Below are positions 15,638 through 24,777 of a stretch of DNA of 64,000 nt, in pieces (positions within the stretch are counted from its first letter, which is position 1; each line of letters opens with the position of its first letter). This DNA is from an uncultured virus (IMG/VR IMGVR_UViG_3300032295_003395) (Duplodnaviria > Heunggongvirae > Uroviricota > Caudoviricetes). The DNA lies in IMG/VR virus record IMGVR_UViG_3300032295_003395; one strand, written 5' to 3'. The notes under the pieces are model-generated. The model was given only the letters and a program-made list of their open reading frames with translations, was not told where the DNA came from and ran no database searches. A program made the translations under genes and the position numbers.

Positions 15638-16093
15638 ATGTCGAATTTAGTAGCTTTCAGTTTAAGTGGTTCTACCATTCCAGGTACATTCCAAGTAGGA
15701 AATGTTGCTTATGCTACTTCTTCATCTATTGGTTCAGGTTCAAGTGGTTTGACTTGGGGTTACGAAGTATGTGCTATTGATGGTTATACGTTTATAACGG
15801 ATTCTTATACTCAAAGTATATCTCCATCATCATCAGCATCACCTTTATTTTATACGTCTATAACTACGGGTTCTACGGATGTATTAGACACTATTAACGC
15901 ATTACCTGATAGAATTAATCAAACAGCATTTACAAATGAAAACACAGCATTAAACTGGGTACAAAATAGTGGAAAATACATCACTTTATTTACTTGTAGT
16001 TTATATACTGGTTCAATTCCATTCCTATTACAAGAAGATGGTTCCTATATATTACAAGAAAATGGGGACAGATTAATATTAAACTTTCAATAA
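15638..16093 (+). CDS. probable virion structural protein
   Basis: S/T/G-rich; C-terminal LLQEDGSYILQENG repeat seen in phage fibre-associated proteins. Confidence 0.55.
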   Translation: MSNLVAFSLSGSTIPGTFQVGNVAYATSSSIGSGSSGLTWGYEVCAIDGYTFITDSYTQSISPSSSASPLFYTSITTGSTDVLDTINALPDRINQTAFTNENTALNWVQNSGKYITLFTCSLYTGSIPFLLQEDGSYILQENGDRLILNFQ

Positions 16094-16719
16094 TGGCAGA
16101 TTTAAAAATAACCCAATTACCCTCAGCATCCATAGCGACTGGATCTAATGTATTACCTATTGTTCAAGGGGGTGTAACAGACCAGATTACTGTTACTAAT
16201 TTAGCACAAGGTATATTTAATTTAAACTTACCTATTACAGGTTCATTATTAGGAACTGCTTCTTATGCTACAAATCATGCTGTTATAACAAGTTCATATG
16301 TTTGTGATGGAATACTAAATGCCAATCAAACATTTACAACAGGATCAGATGCAACAATTGCTTTTGTTGATTATGTAGATCCTAATAACTGGTTAGCTAG
16401 TAATCAATTTAAACCTACTATTGCGGGATATTATAGTGTAAGTTTTGGGGCTTGGCTCCAAAACCCAGGAGTATCAAGTAATCAGACTAATGCTCAAATG
16501 AGAAAAAATGGAAATTCTATAATTATTAGTCAACAACCTTTAAATAATGGAACAGGGATAAGTTTAGGAGGTTCTAGAATAGTCCAAATGAATGGAACTA
16601 CAGATTATCTTGACTGGACTATATTTCAGGGATCAGGTTCAAGTGCTAATGGAACTTTATTACAAGGTAGTGCAAATGGACAAGGTACATGGTTTTCAGC
16701 TTTCTTATTAACTCAATAA
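16093..16719 (+). CDS. tail-fibre-like protein with C1q/TNF-like C-terminal domain
   Basis: MADLKITQLPSA N-terminus; FKPTIAGYYSV...MNGTTDYL...TWFSAFLL. Confidence 0.65.
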   Translation: MADLKITQLPSASIATGSNVLPIVQGGVTDQITVTNLAQGIFNLNLPITGSLLGTASYATNHAVITSSYVCDGILNANQTFTTGSDATIAFVDYVDPNNWLASNQFKPTIAGYYSVSFGAWLQNPGVSSNQTNAQMRKNGNSIIISQQPLNNGTGISLGGSRIVQMNGTTDYLDWTIFQGSGSSANGTLLQGSANGQGTWFSAFLLTQ

Positions 16720-16726
16720 AACAAAT

Positions 16727-17173
16727 ATGATATTACCAATTTTAACAACACTTATTATGTCCTTATCGGGACCGGGTTGTACGTACGTTACAACGCCTAT
16801 AAATCAAACTACAACACAAATTGTTGGTGATCGAGATGTCACTTTTGGTGTAAAAGAAGAAGTAGAAGAAATTCTAACAAACAAAGGTATTGTTGTTTGT
16901 GATTCGGGAGACGTAGCAGTAGATGTTCATATAACTAAAATTGAATCCCCTCAAGAAATAGTAAATATAATGGGTATTCAATGGTTAAAAAAAGATTATG
17001 TAATTGAAACCGAAATAATTAAAGATGGTAAAACATACAAAGGAACAGGTATTAAAAAAACCTTTGTATTTGCTATGTTTTTAAATGTAGAAGGTGGAGA
17101 AGTACCTTTAAATAAAAAAGCATTTTCAAAAGCATTACAATCCTCTTTAATCAACGCTTCAGAATCTCTTTAA
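16727..17173 (+). CDS. secreted hypothetical protein, possibly part of the surface module
   Basis: N-terminal hydrophobic segment; VTFGVKEEVEEIL and FSKALQSSL echo the CsgG-like alpha/beta layout. Confidence 0.5.
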   Translation: MILPILTTLIMSLSGPGCTYVTTPINQTTTQIVGDRDVTFGVKEEVEEILTNKGIVVCDSGDVAVDVHITKIESPQEIVNIMGIQWLKKDYVIETEIIKDGKTYKGTGIKKTFVFAMFLNVEGGEVPLNKKAFSKALQSSLINASESL

Positions 17174-17236
17174 TATTTATAATAAAGTTTTCTATAACTA
17201 GTTGTGTTTGTTAAAAACAAAAAATAAAAAACAAAC

Positions 17237-17509
17237 ATGAAAAATTTCTTTAAAAATTTATTTGACGACAACAACACTATCAATGAGAAGGCAGTTGTTG
17301 GATTTATTGCATTTATGATGCTATGTATCGCTCTTGCAGTTGACCTTATAACAGGTTACTTTGGAGCTCCTTTATTAATTAACAAATTCATCTTTGATGG
17401 ATTTATGGTCCTAGTATTAGGTTCATTTGGAATTGCTTCTGTAGACAAATGGATGAATAAAAAAGATAAACACGAAGAAGATAAAGATAACGAACAAATA
17501 GAAGAATAA
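17237..17509 (+). CDS. putative holin (2 TM)
   Basis: two hydrophobic helices, charged C-terminus, directly upstream of endolysin. Confidence 0.6.
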   Translation: MKNFFKNLFDDNNTINEKAVVGFIAFMMLCIALAVDLITGYFGAPLLINKFIFDGFMVLVLGSFGIASVDKWMNKKDKHEEDKDNEQIEE

Positions 17510-18120
17510 TGAGTTTAAAAAGTTTACAAGAAAGAGCAGGAGTAGCAGCGGATGGTGCTTTTGGTCCGGGTACGATGAAAGCCGCTATGGCTATGTTAAA
17601 ATTAACACCTGTTAGAGCAGCACATTTCTTTGCTCAAACATCACATGAAACAGGTGGTTTTAAAGCATTTAGTGAAAACCTAAATTACTCAGCACAAGGT
17701 TTACAAGGTATTTTTGGAAAATATTTCCCAGGAACTTTAGAAGAATCTTATGCTCGTCAACCTGAAAAAATCGCTAACCGTGTTTATGCTGATAGAATGG
17801 GTAATGGAAACGAAGCTTCTGGGGATGGTTGGAAATTTAGAGGTCGTGGGGCTCTTCAATTAACAGGTAAAGCTAATTACGAAGCATTTGCTAAATATTT
17901 AGGTACTAACGAAATAATGACTAACCCAGATTTAGTAGCTACAAAATATTCTTTTGATTCAGCAATGTTCTTCTTTGAAAAAAACAAATTATGGGCTATC
18001 TGTGATAAAGGAATTAATGATGCTGCTATTTTAGAATTAACTAAAAGAATTAATGGTGGTACTCATGGATTAGAAGATAGAAAAGTAAAAACTTATAAAT
18101 ACTACGAATACGTAAAATAA
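17509..18120 (+). CDS. GH19 family endolysin
   Basis: HFFAQTSHETGGF, ENLNYS, FRGRGALQLTGKANY, RINGGTHGLEDR; N-terminal ADGAFGPGT PG-binding remnant. Confidence 0.92.
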   Translation: MSLKSLQERAGVAADGAFGPGTMKAAMAMLKLTPVRAAHFFAQTSHETGGFKAFSENLNYSAQGLQGIFGKYFPGTLEESYARQPEKIANRVYADRMGNGNEASGDGWKFRGRGALQLTGKANYEAFAKYLGTNEIMTNPDLVATKYSFDSAMFFFEKNKLWAICDKGINDAAILELTKRINGGTHGLEDRKVKTYKYYEYVK

Positions 18121-18710
18121 TGGCTTATACAAGAGAACAAATAGAAGCCGCTGTAAAAGCTAAAGGGTATACTTGGTTTGAAGGCGCAAAAGATTTTGAT
18201 GTTAATATAGTAGGAGTTAGAAACTCTGCAACTGGTCAAGTTGTAACAAATGTATTTGATGATACAATGACTGTTTCATACAAAGAAGGTGGTGAATGGA
18301 AATTTCATCAGTGGCCTTGTACAACTGATCCTGGTAAAAAAGGTGTTAAAGAATATCATAACGCTGCAGGGGTTGCTCGTTTAGTTGAAGGTCAATACAG
18401 AGGTTCACACACCCTAGGTTTACACCAAGGAAAATATGAAGCTTTAAAACAACAAAAACCAGTTAAAGTTTATCGTGATGCCAATCGTGATATGACTTAT
18501 GATGAAACCAAAATTGCTGAAGGAATATTTGGTATTAATATCCATAAAGCAGGTGCAGATTCTACTTATGTAGAAAACTGGTCTGAGGGATGTCAAGTAT
18601 TTAAAAAAGCATCAGATTTTGAAGCATTTATGGTTATTGCTAGAAAAGCAGCAGCAATTCATGGTAAATCATTTACTTATACGTTAATAGAATCAGCAGA
18701 TATAAAATAA
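18120..18710 (+). CDS. YkuD/L,D-transpeptidase-like peptidoglycan enzyme
   Basis: GINIHKAG...WSEGCQV His/Cys motif. Confidence 0.65.
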   Translation: MAYTREQIEAAVKAKGYTWFEGAKDFDVNIVGVRNSATGQVVTNVFDDTMTVSYKEGGEWKFHQWPCTTDPGKKGVKEYHNAAGVARLVEGQYRGSHTLGLHQGKYEALKQQKPVKVYRDANRDMTYDETKIAEGIFGINIHKAGADSTYVENWSEGCQVFKKASDFEAFMVIARKAAAIHGKSFTYTLIESADIK

Positions 18711-18810
18711 TTTATATATAACTTTATTTAACTGAGCGCGGAGTACTATGAATACTTCGCGTTCTGTTTTTATAAGCGCTATAAAAACGTTCTATGCGAT
18801 ATTTATATAC

Positions 18811-19257
18811 ATGGACGTAAACAAAATATTTGGACTATTTGGGGGACAGGAGGAACATCCTAAACCTGATTTTGACCATGAAAATGATATGTCCTATCTT
18901 TTAGAGGATTTTAAAAAACATCCTTTATTCTGGGTTGGAATGTTCAAAAAACTTATCCACAATCACAGAACATTCAGTAGAAAGGTTATGGGTTTCTTTT
19001 CTAAAATGGATGAGGAATTAGATCTTTATGATGTTGAACAAGCAGGTGAATTTGTAGTGTACAATAGAGCCTTTTTTTGGATTGATAAAATTGACCTAGA
19101 AGAAGAACTTCACCAAGATGCTATATTACATTATGCAGACGATCATTTACTTACATACTTAAAATTCTCTATTTCATACTTCCAGGACCTTGAAGAATAT
19201 GAAAAATGTGCGCATTTGAAAAAAATTCAAGATTTTATTGAAGAGCTTTCAAACTAA
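18811..19257 (+). CDS. hypothetical protein with C-terminal UVR-like motif
   Basis: EEYEKCAHLKK; start placed after ATATTTATA motif. Confidence 0.6.
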   Translation: MDVNKIFGLFGGQEEHPKPDFDHENDMSYLLEDFKKHPLFWVGMFKKLIHNHRTFSRKVMGFFSKMDEELDLYDVEQAGEFVVYNRAFFWIDKIDLEEELHQDAILHYADDHLLTYLKFSISYFQDLEEYEKCAHLKKIQDFIEELSN

Positions 19258-19258
19258 G

Positions 19259-19290
19259 CTTGGAGTATTAATTTCGTATTATTATATTTG
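19259..19290 (+). promoter_or_regulatory. early/middle promoter
   Basis: CTTG-N20-TATATTTG (perfect TAnnTTTG). Confidence 0.75.
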
Positions 19291-19321
19291 AGATACGAGA
19301 GAAAAAGAAAATAAATAAAGT

Positions 19322-19519
19322 ATGAAAAATAGAGAGATTATAATGAGACGGTTGGAAAGAGCCGATGGGGAAGTTGAGAAACTCCGAATGATGATGAACC
19401 GAGGGGGTTCAAGGGAACAAGCGGAGGAAATTCTTATCACCCTTCGTGAAGCAATCGATGATGCTAAAGCATTCGTTCAACAAGAACCACTAGGTCCCGG
19501 AGAAATTAATCAATATTAA
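19322..19519 (+). CDS. hypothetical protein
   Basis: ORF directly after promoter. Confidence 0.6.
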   Translation: MKNREIIMRRLERADGEVEKLRMMMNRGGSREQAEEILITLREAIDDAKAFVQQEPLGPGEINQY

Positions 19520-19529
19520 TAAATAATTT

Positions 19530-20315
19530 ATGCAATTAACAGCAGAACAAATTCAACAAAATTGGTTGGATTTTATTGGTTTTATTGATGACCATATTTC
19601 CGAACCACGTAAAACATCACTTAAAGAATTTTACGAAAAGTATGAAGACCGTATTGTTTTAATGCCGGCTGCTCATAAAAAAGAATATCATAATGCTTTT
19701 CCTGGAGGATATGTTGAACATGTTAATCGTGTTGTAACTTGTGCTCTTCATCTTCACAAATTGTGGGGAGATATGGGTGCTGATCTAGATACATTTACTA
19801 AGGAGGAACTTGTATTCTCTGCTTTAAATCATGACCTGGGTAAAATGGGTTCTGAGGAAGAAGAATCATATGTCCCTCAAACTGATCAATGGCGTAAAGA
19901 TAAACTTGGTGAAGACTATATGTTTAACACTAAAGTCCCATTTGCTTCGGTTCCTGATAGAGGTTTATATCTACTTCAGGCACATGGTATTCAATATTCA
20001 TTTAATGAAATGGTTGCTATCCAAACACATGATGGTTTGTATGATGAAGGTAATAAAAAATATCTTATGACCTTTATGCCCGAACAAAAACCACGTACAG
20101 CACTTCCATTTATTATACACCAGGCCGATTTGATGGCTGCTCGTATTGAATTTGAACGTGAGTGGTTACCTAAATTAAAAGGTAACTTGGATACCAAAAA
20201 GAAAAGTTTTACATTGGAGTCAAATAAAAAAGCACCTTTAAAAACCGCTGCTCAAACAAAAGCATTAGGTTCATTGAAAAACCAAGGTCTTAAAAATTTA
20301 TTAGACAATTTATGA
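19530..20315 (+). CDS. HD-domain phosphohydrolase
   Basis: YHNAFPGGYVEH, LNHDLGK, THDG, HQAD. Confidence 0.9.
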   Translation: MQLTAEQIQQNWLDFIGFIDDHISEPRKTSLKEFYEKYEDRIVLMPAAHKKEYHNAFPGGYVEHVNRVVTCALHLHKLWGDMGADLDTFTKEELVFSALNHDLGKMGSEEEESYVPQTDQWRKDKLGEDYMFNTKVPFASVPDRGLYLLQAHGIQYSFNEMVAIQTHDGLYDEGNKKYLMTFMPEQKPRTALPFIIHQADLMAARIEFEREWLPKLKGNLDTKKKSFTLESNKKAPLKTAAQTKALGSLKNQGLKNLLDNL

Positions 20316-20593
20316 TAACATTAGTAATAATTTTAGGTTTGATGGTCGTGGTCTTAGGATACACGACCTTTAACCTCCTACGTAAAAACGAGAAACAGGA
20401 GGATATTTTAGCAGGGTATATGACTTACCTTAATAAAATCTCAGACACAATTGAAGTAGCAGATAAAAAACTTAAAGAAGTTGATGCTAAAGGTAGTTTT
20501 AAATCAGATGATGAAATTGGATTCTTTTTCCAACAAGTTCAAAGTATTCAAACTATTTTAAATTCCTTTATTATCAAAAATGTTGAAAAATAA
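20312..20593 (+). CDS. membrane-anchored hypothetical protein
   Basis: N-terminal TM, coiled coil, FKSDDEIGFFF. Confidence 0.65.
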   Translation: MITLVIILGLMVVVLGYTTFNLLRKNEKQEDILAGYMTYLNKISDTIEVADKKLKEVDAKGSFKSDDEIGFFFQQVQSIQTILNSFIIKNVEK

Positions 20594-21306
20594 TGGAAGT
20601 CCAAGCACCTGTAAAGAAGAAGAAAAAAGGAGTCCAATATTTTACTCAAGATACTGAGGATGCAATTGTATTATATAATAAAACAACTGATCCTGAAGTA
20701 AGAAGTAGACTCTATAATGATAGGATTCATTATGGTTTTTTTAAATTAACCGAAAATATCATCCATACTTTCAAATTTTATTATACTGAGGTAGATAATA
20801 TTGAAGATTTACAACATGAAGTAATTACTTTTCTTTTAAGTAAAATTCATTTGTTTAATAAAGATAAAGGAGCAAAAGCATATTCATATTTTGGAACCAT
20901 TGCAAAACGTTATTTAATTCTTTCTAACCAGAAAAATTATAAAAAACGTATTGATACTGCTCCTATTGAGGTTTTAGAAGAAAATGAAAATCATTCTTAT
21001 AGTATAGATGATATTTCTCATAATGATAAATTATCTCAATTTATAGATTTGTATACTGATTATTGTACTAAAAATATATTTGAATTATTTCCAAAAGAAT
21101 ATGATGCTCAAATAGCAGATGCTATTCTTGAGTTATTTCGTAAACGAGAAAATTTAGATGTTTTCAATAAAAAAGCACTTTACATTTATATCCGTGAAAT
21201 AATAGATGTTAAAACTCCCAAAATCACAAAAATAGCTAATCAGCTTTACGATATTTTTAAGAAAAACTACATATTTTATTTAGAGCACGGATATACAAAT
21301 TTTTAG
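20593..21306 (+). CDS. phage sigma factor, T4 gp55-like (late transcription)
   Basis: region-2-like EDLQHEVITFLLSKIHLFNKDKGAKAYSYFGTIAKRYLI. Confidence 0.7.
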   Translation: MEVQAPVKKKKKGVQYFTQDTEDAIVLYNKTTDPEVRSRLYNDRIHYGFFKLTENIIHTFKFYYTEVDNIEDLQHEVITFLLSKIHLFNKDKGAKAYSYFGTIAKRYLILSNQKNYKKRIDTAPIEVLEENENHSYSIDDISHNDKLSQFIDLYTDYCTKNIFELFPKEYDAQIADAILELFRKRENLDVFNKKALYIYIREIIDVKTPKITKIANQLYDIFKKNYIFYLEHGYTNF

Positions 21307-21340
21307 TTTTAATATTTATAATAAACTAAATTGTATATTT

Positions 21341-21676
21341 ATGTCACAATTCGATAACGTTGTCTTTGGTAAGAAAAAATTCTCCGATCTTTTGGAGGAA
21401 ATTTACAATAACCAAAAGAAAAAAGACCAACAAGTTACAGCACTTATAAATGAGTTAAAACCCCTTATCTCTGATATTGGGGATGCTACTTTGGTTGTTC
21501 CTTTGATAAAGGAATATATGGATATAAGTGTTAAAAATGATGATATTTTAATCAAAATGGCAGCGTTAGCTCAACGCGCTATGCAAACACAAACAGCTGA
21601 AGGTGCTTTAACTATTTCTGATGAAGAAAAAGAACAACTTTTAGCTACTATGAATGAACTAAAAGGGGGTAAATAA
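21341..21676 (+). CDS. hypothetical helical protein
   Basis: ORF after late motif. Confidence 0.65.
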   Translation: MSQFDNVVFGKKKFSDLLEEIYNNQKKKDQQVTALINELKPLISDIGDATLVVPLIKEYMDISVKNDDILIKMAALAQRAMQTQTAEGALTISDEEKEQLLATMNELKGGK

Positions 21677-22959
21677 TGGCATTAACCTATGGTTTAGCAG
21701 CTCAGGAAGCTCAAAACAGAGAATCCTTTAATCAACCTGGCCAATTTGTAATTCAACCAGTAAGGGTACGTTTTACTTTTATAGACCCTGAAGAAGTTAA
21801 AAAAACTTATCCTCGTTTATTTGATAAATATGGATCTTATGATACTTTAGGTGGTATTTTATTTGAACCATTTACCAATCCAGTAGTTCCTACTAGTGAA
21901 GTATTTGAAGATAATTTAATTGAAAACTATAATTTTGCTAAACCTTTATTTCCTAATATAAGACAAGTTCCTTTATTAAACGAAATAACTTATATTGTTT
22001 CATTTCCCTCAACAAGAACACAAAATCCTAGAAATGTAGATTTAAACCAAACAGATTATTACTATTTTCAACCTATTAATCTTTGGAATACTTTACATCA
22101 AAATGCATTTCCAGATCCATTAGTAGATTATAATGCTGAGTCCAACCCACAGCCTAAAAATATTAATTATCAACAAGTACAAGCAGGTGCAGTATCTAAT
22201 GCTGATGCACCACCACCTGAAATTAATTTAGGAAATACATTTGTTGAAAGAGATAATATTAAATATTTAAAACCTTATGAAGGTGATATAATTTATGAAG
22301 GTAGATGGGGTCAAAGTGTTCGTTTTGGTTCAACAGTATTAAATCAAAACCCATGGTCTAATGTAGGTGAAAACGGAGACCCAATATTAATATTAAGAAA
22401 TGGTCAAGCCCCTTCAAATACAGAAGCTTGGATACCAACCATTGAAGAAATAAATAAAGACTTAGGTTCAATTTACTTTGGAAGTACTCAACAACTTCCT
22501 CTAGATGCTGCCTCAGCAGATTATTCAAGTTATTCTTCTAATGCTCCTACTATCCCTAATCAATATAGTGGAAGCCAAATAATAATCACCTCAGGCCGAT
22601 TAGTGTTTAATAGTTCTAACGATCATATTCTTTTAAGTTCAAATAAATCCATTAACTTAAATTCAATTGATAGTGTTAATATTGATACAGATACAATGGT
22701 TATACAAACTGGTAAATTATATTTAGGGGATAAAGATGCTGATGAACCTTTACTTTTAGGTAATCAAACAGTTGATTTGTTAGATCAATTAATTGAAGCC
22801 TTTAAGGTATTTACAACAACTTGTAAAACATTAGTAGGAGCACCTGCCGGAGTTCCATTAGCACCTTTAAATGCTATATCTACAAGTGTTAATAATACTT
22901 TAGTTTTGTTACAAAAAGATTTAGAAAATATTAAATCAAAAGATAACTTTACAATATAA
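21676..22959 (+). CDS. baseplate hub/spike protein (gp5-like)
   Basis: GDIIYEGRWGQSVRFGS, beta-helix-like repeats, EPLLLGNQ tail; baseplate context. Confidence 0.6.
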   Translation: MALTYGLAAQEAQNRESFNQPGQFVIQPVRVRFTFIDPEEVKKTYPRLFDKYGSYDTLGGILFEPFTNPVVPTSEVFEDNLIENYNFAKPLFPNIRQVPLLNEITYIVSFPSTRTQNPRNVDLNQTDYYYFQPINLWNTLHQNAFPDPLVDYNAESNPQPKNINYQQVQAGAVSNADAPPPEINLGNTFVERDNIKYLKPYEGDIIYEGRWGQSVRFGSTVLNQNPWSNVGENGDPILILRNGQAPSNTEAWIPTIEEINKDLGSIYFGSTQQLPLDAASADYSSYSSNAPTIPNQYSGSQIIITSGRLVFNSSNDHILLSSNKSINLNSIDSVNIDTDTMVIQTGKLYLGDKDADEPLLLGNQTVDLLDQLIEAFKVFTTTCKTLVGAPAGVPLAPLNAISTSVNNTLVLLQKDLENIKSKDNFTI

Positions 22960-24005
22960 TGGCAACTCTACCAAAAATCACCTCCTCAGATTTATTATCA
23001 TCTTCAAAGGTGCCTAAGATACCTTCTACATCACAATTAAAAACAAAGAAAAAACAGGACTTAGAAAATGCTAGAGCAGAAGCTAAACAAAAAAGAGAAG
23101 AAGCTAAACAGATAGCAGCCGATAGAAAAGCCAGTTTAAACTCAGATTCTGAAACTGTAAAAAACAACAGATCAGAAGATATGAAAGCTGCAGGTATCGC
23201 TAAACTTAATGCTGTAGTAGATTCTCAAATAACAAAGATAACATCATTAGTTATTCCTAATTTATTATTATTAGCAAAAGACCTAGCGCAATCAAAAGGT
23301 GCTAATTTATGTCCACCTCCACAAGTCACTCAACAAGCTTTAAATACATTTAATAATATTGTTAAGGATTTAAATTCAGTAGTTGAAGGAGTAGATAAGA
23401 TATCTCAAGCCAGTAACACAGCTTCAACAGTAGTTAGTACTATCCAAGATGTATCTTCAGCATTAACAATCGCTCTTCCAGCAGCATCCCTCGCTGCAAA
23501 ATTTGCTGTCCCTGTCCCAGGAGCATTAGTATCAGCTATAGATGATATAGATTTTGCAAACAAAACAGTATTATATAAAAAGGATGGAAGCCCAAAACTT
23601 CCACCACTTATAGGAGGTATTAATGCTATAACAATGCAGATTTCCTTATTTTCCTCAGTATTAAAAACGGCATCTGGAATAATTAGTGGTATATCTTCAT
23701 TATTAACAGGTTGTCTTCCTGAAGGACAAAAAAATGAAGTTGAACAAATTTCAGCAACAACACAACAATATGTTGATTACGGAAATGACAACTATAACAA
23801 TTACGATAATTCATCATATAAAGGATTTATTATAAAAATAGAAGAAGTTCCATATACTCCTACTGTTGTTCGTCGTCGAGCAGTTGGGTACACAACAAAT
23901 GGAGTTCCTTTAATTCAAACTGAACTATCATTCTCTACAAATAACCAAACATTAGTAACAGAACTTAAGTTAATTATTGATAGAGATAATTTAAAAGCTT
24001 ATTAA
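22959..24005 (+). CDS. hypothetical structural protein
   Basis: long ORF in baseplate operon. Confidence 0.6.
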   Translation: MATLPKITSSDLLSSSKVPKIPSTSQLKTKKKQDLENARAEAKQKREEAKQIAADRKASLNSDSETVKNNRSEDMKAAGIAKLNAVVDSQITKITSLVIPNLLLLAKDLAQSKGANLCPPPQVTQQALNTFNNIVKDLNSVVEGVDKISQASNTASTVVSTIQDVSSALTIALPAASLAAKFAVPVPGALVSAIDDIDFANKTVLYKKDGSPKLPPLIGGINAITMQISLFSSVLKTASGIISGISSLLTGCLPEGQKNEVEQISATTQQYVDYGNDNYNNYDNSSYKGFIIKIEEVPYTPTVVRRRAVGYTTNGVPLIQTELSFSTNNQTLVTELKLIIDRDNLKAY

Positions 24006-24023
24006 TTTTAATATTTATAAACA

Positions 24024-24368
24024 ATGAAAACTGACGCTTTAAAAAATTTAATAAAAGAAGCCGTAAGGGAAGCTATTCAAGAGGAATTAAAAGACATCCT
24101 TTTGGAAGCAGTTCGTGCACCTAAAACGGTTGTTACAGAAACTGTAAGAGATACTTATGCACAACCACATCTTGAAAAACCAAAACAACTAACAGCTGCT
24201 GAAAGACAAGCAATGTTTGGTGGTATTTTAGGAGAAATGCAAAATGGTGGAGCTATTACTTCACAATACGCAAATGAATTTAAACCACAATCCGTAGACA
24301 CTATCAATGGTGCTTTACCAGCAGGTGAAGTAGGATTAGATATGATTATGGGTTTAATGAATAAATAA
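24024..24368 (+). CDS. hypothetical protein
   Basis: MKTDALKNLIKEAVREAIQEE N-terminus; late motif upstream. Confidence 0.65.
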   Translation: MKTDALKNLIKEAVREAIQEELKDILLEAVRAPKTVVTETVRDTYAQPHLEKPKQLTAAERQAMFGGILGEMQNGGAITSQYANEFKPQSVDTINGALPAGEVGLDMIMGLMNK

Positions 24369-24371
24369 CAA

Positions 24372-24776
24372 ATGGCTATAATTGTACAAAATAGATTTCC
24401 TATGGATTCGGTGGACCGAAAAGCAATAGGGGTTAATATACCCTTTAATGCTCCGGCTGTATTCGAATCTAATTATTTAACAAGAAATGCTATTAGGAAC
24501 AATTTGATGAATTTCTTTTCTACAGATAAAGGAGAAAGAGTATTCAATCCATTTTTCGGAAGCGGATTAAAAAAATTAGTATTTGAAAATATAGACAACG
24601 CTACAGTTGATTTTATTGGAAAATTTATAAGAGATGAAATTAATCAATATTTCCCATTTGTTGGGATATCAAAAATTGATGTAGTGCCAAACGAAGATAC
24701 TAACACAATTATTATCACTGTAAAATACCAAGCAACAAATTTCGGTATTCAAGATGAAATTAATATAACATTATAA
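24372..24776 (+). CDS. baseplate wedge protein, gp25/GPW-like
   Basis: TDKGERVFNPFFGSGL. Confidence 0.9.
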   Translation: MAIIVQNRFPMDSVDRKAIGVNIPFNAPAVFESNYLTRNAIRNNLMNFFSTDKGERVFNPFFGSGLKKLVFENIDNATVDFIGKFIRDEINQYFPFVGISKIDVVPNEDTNTIIITVKYQATNFGIQDEINITL

Positions 24777-24777
24777 A

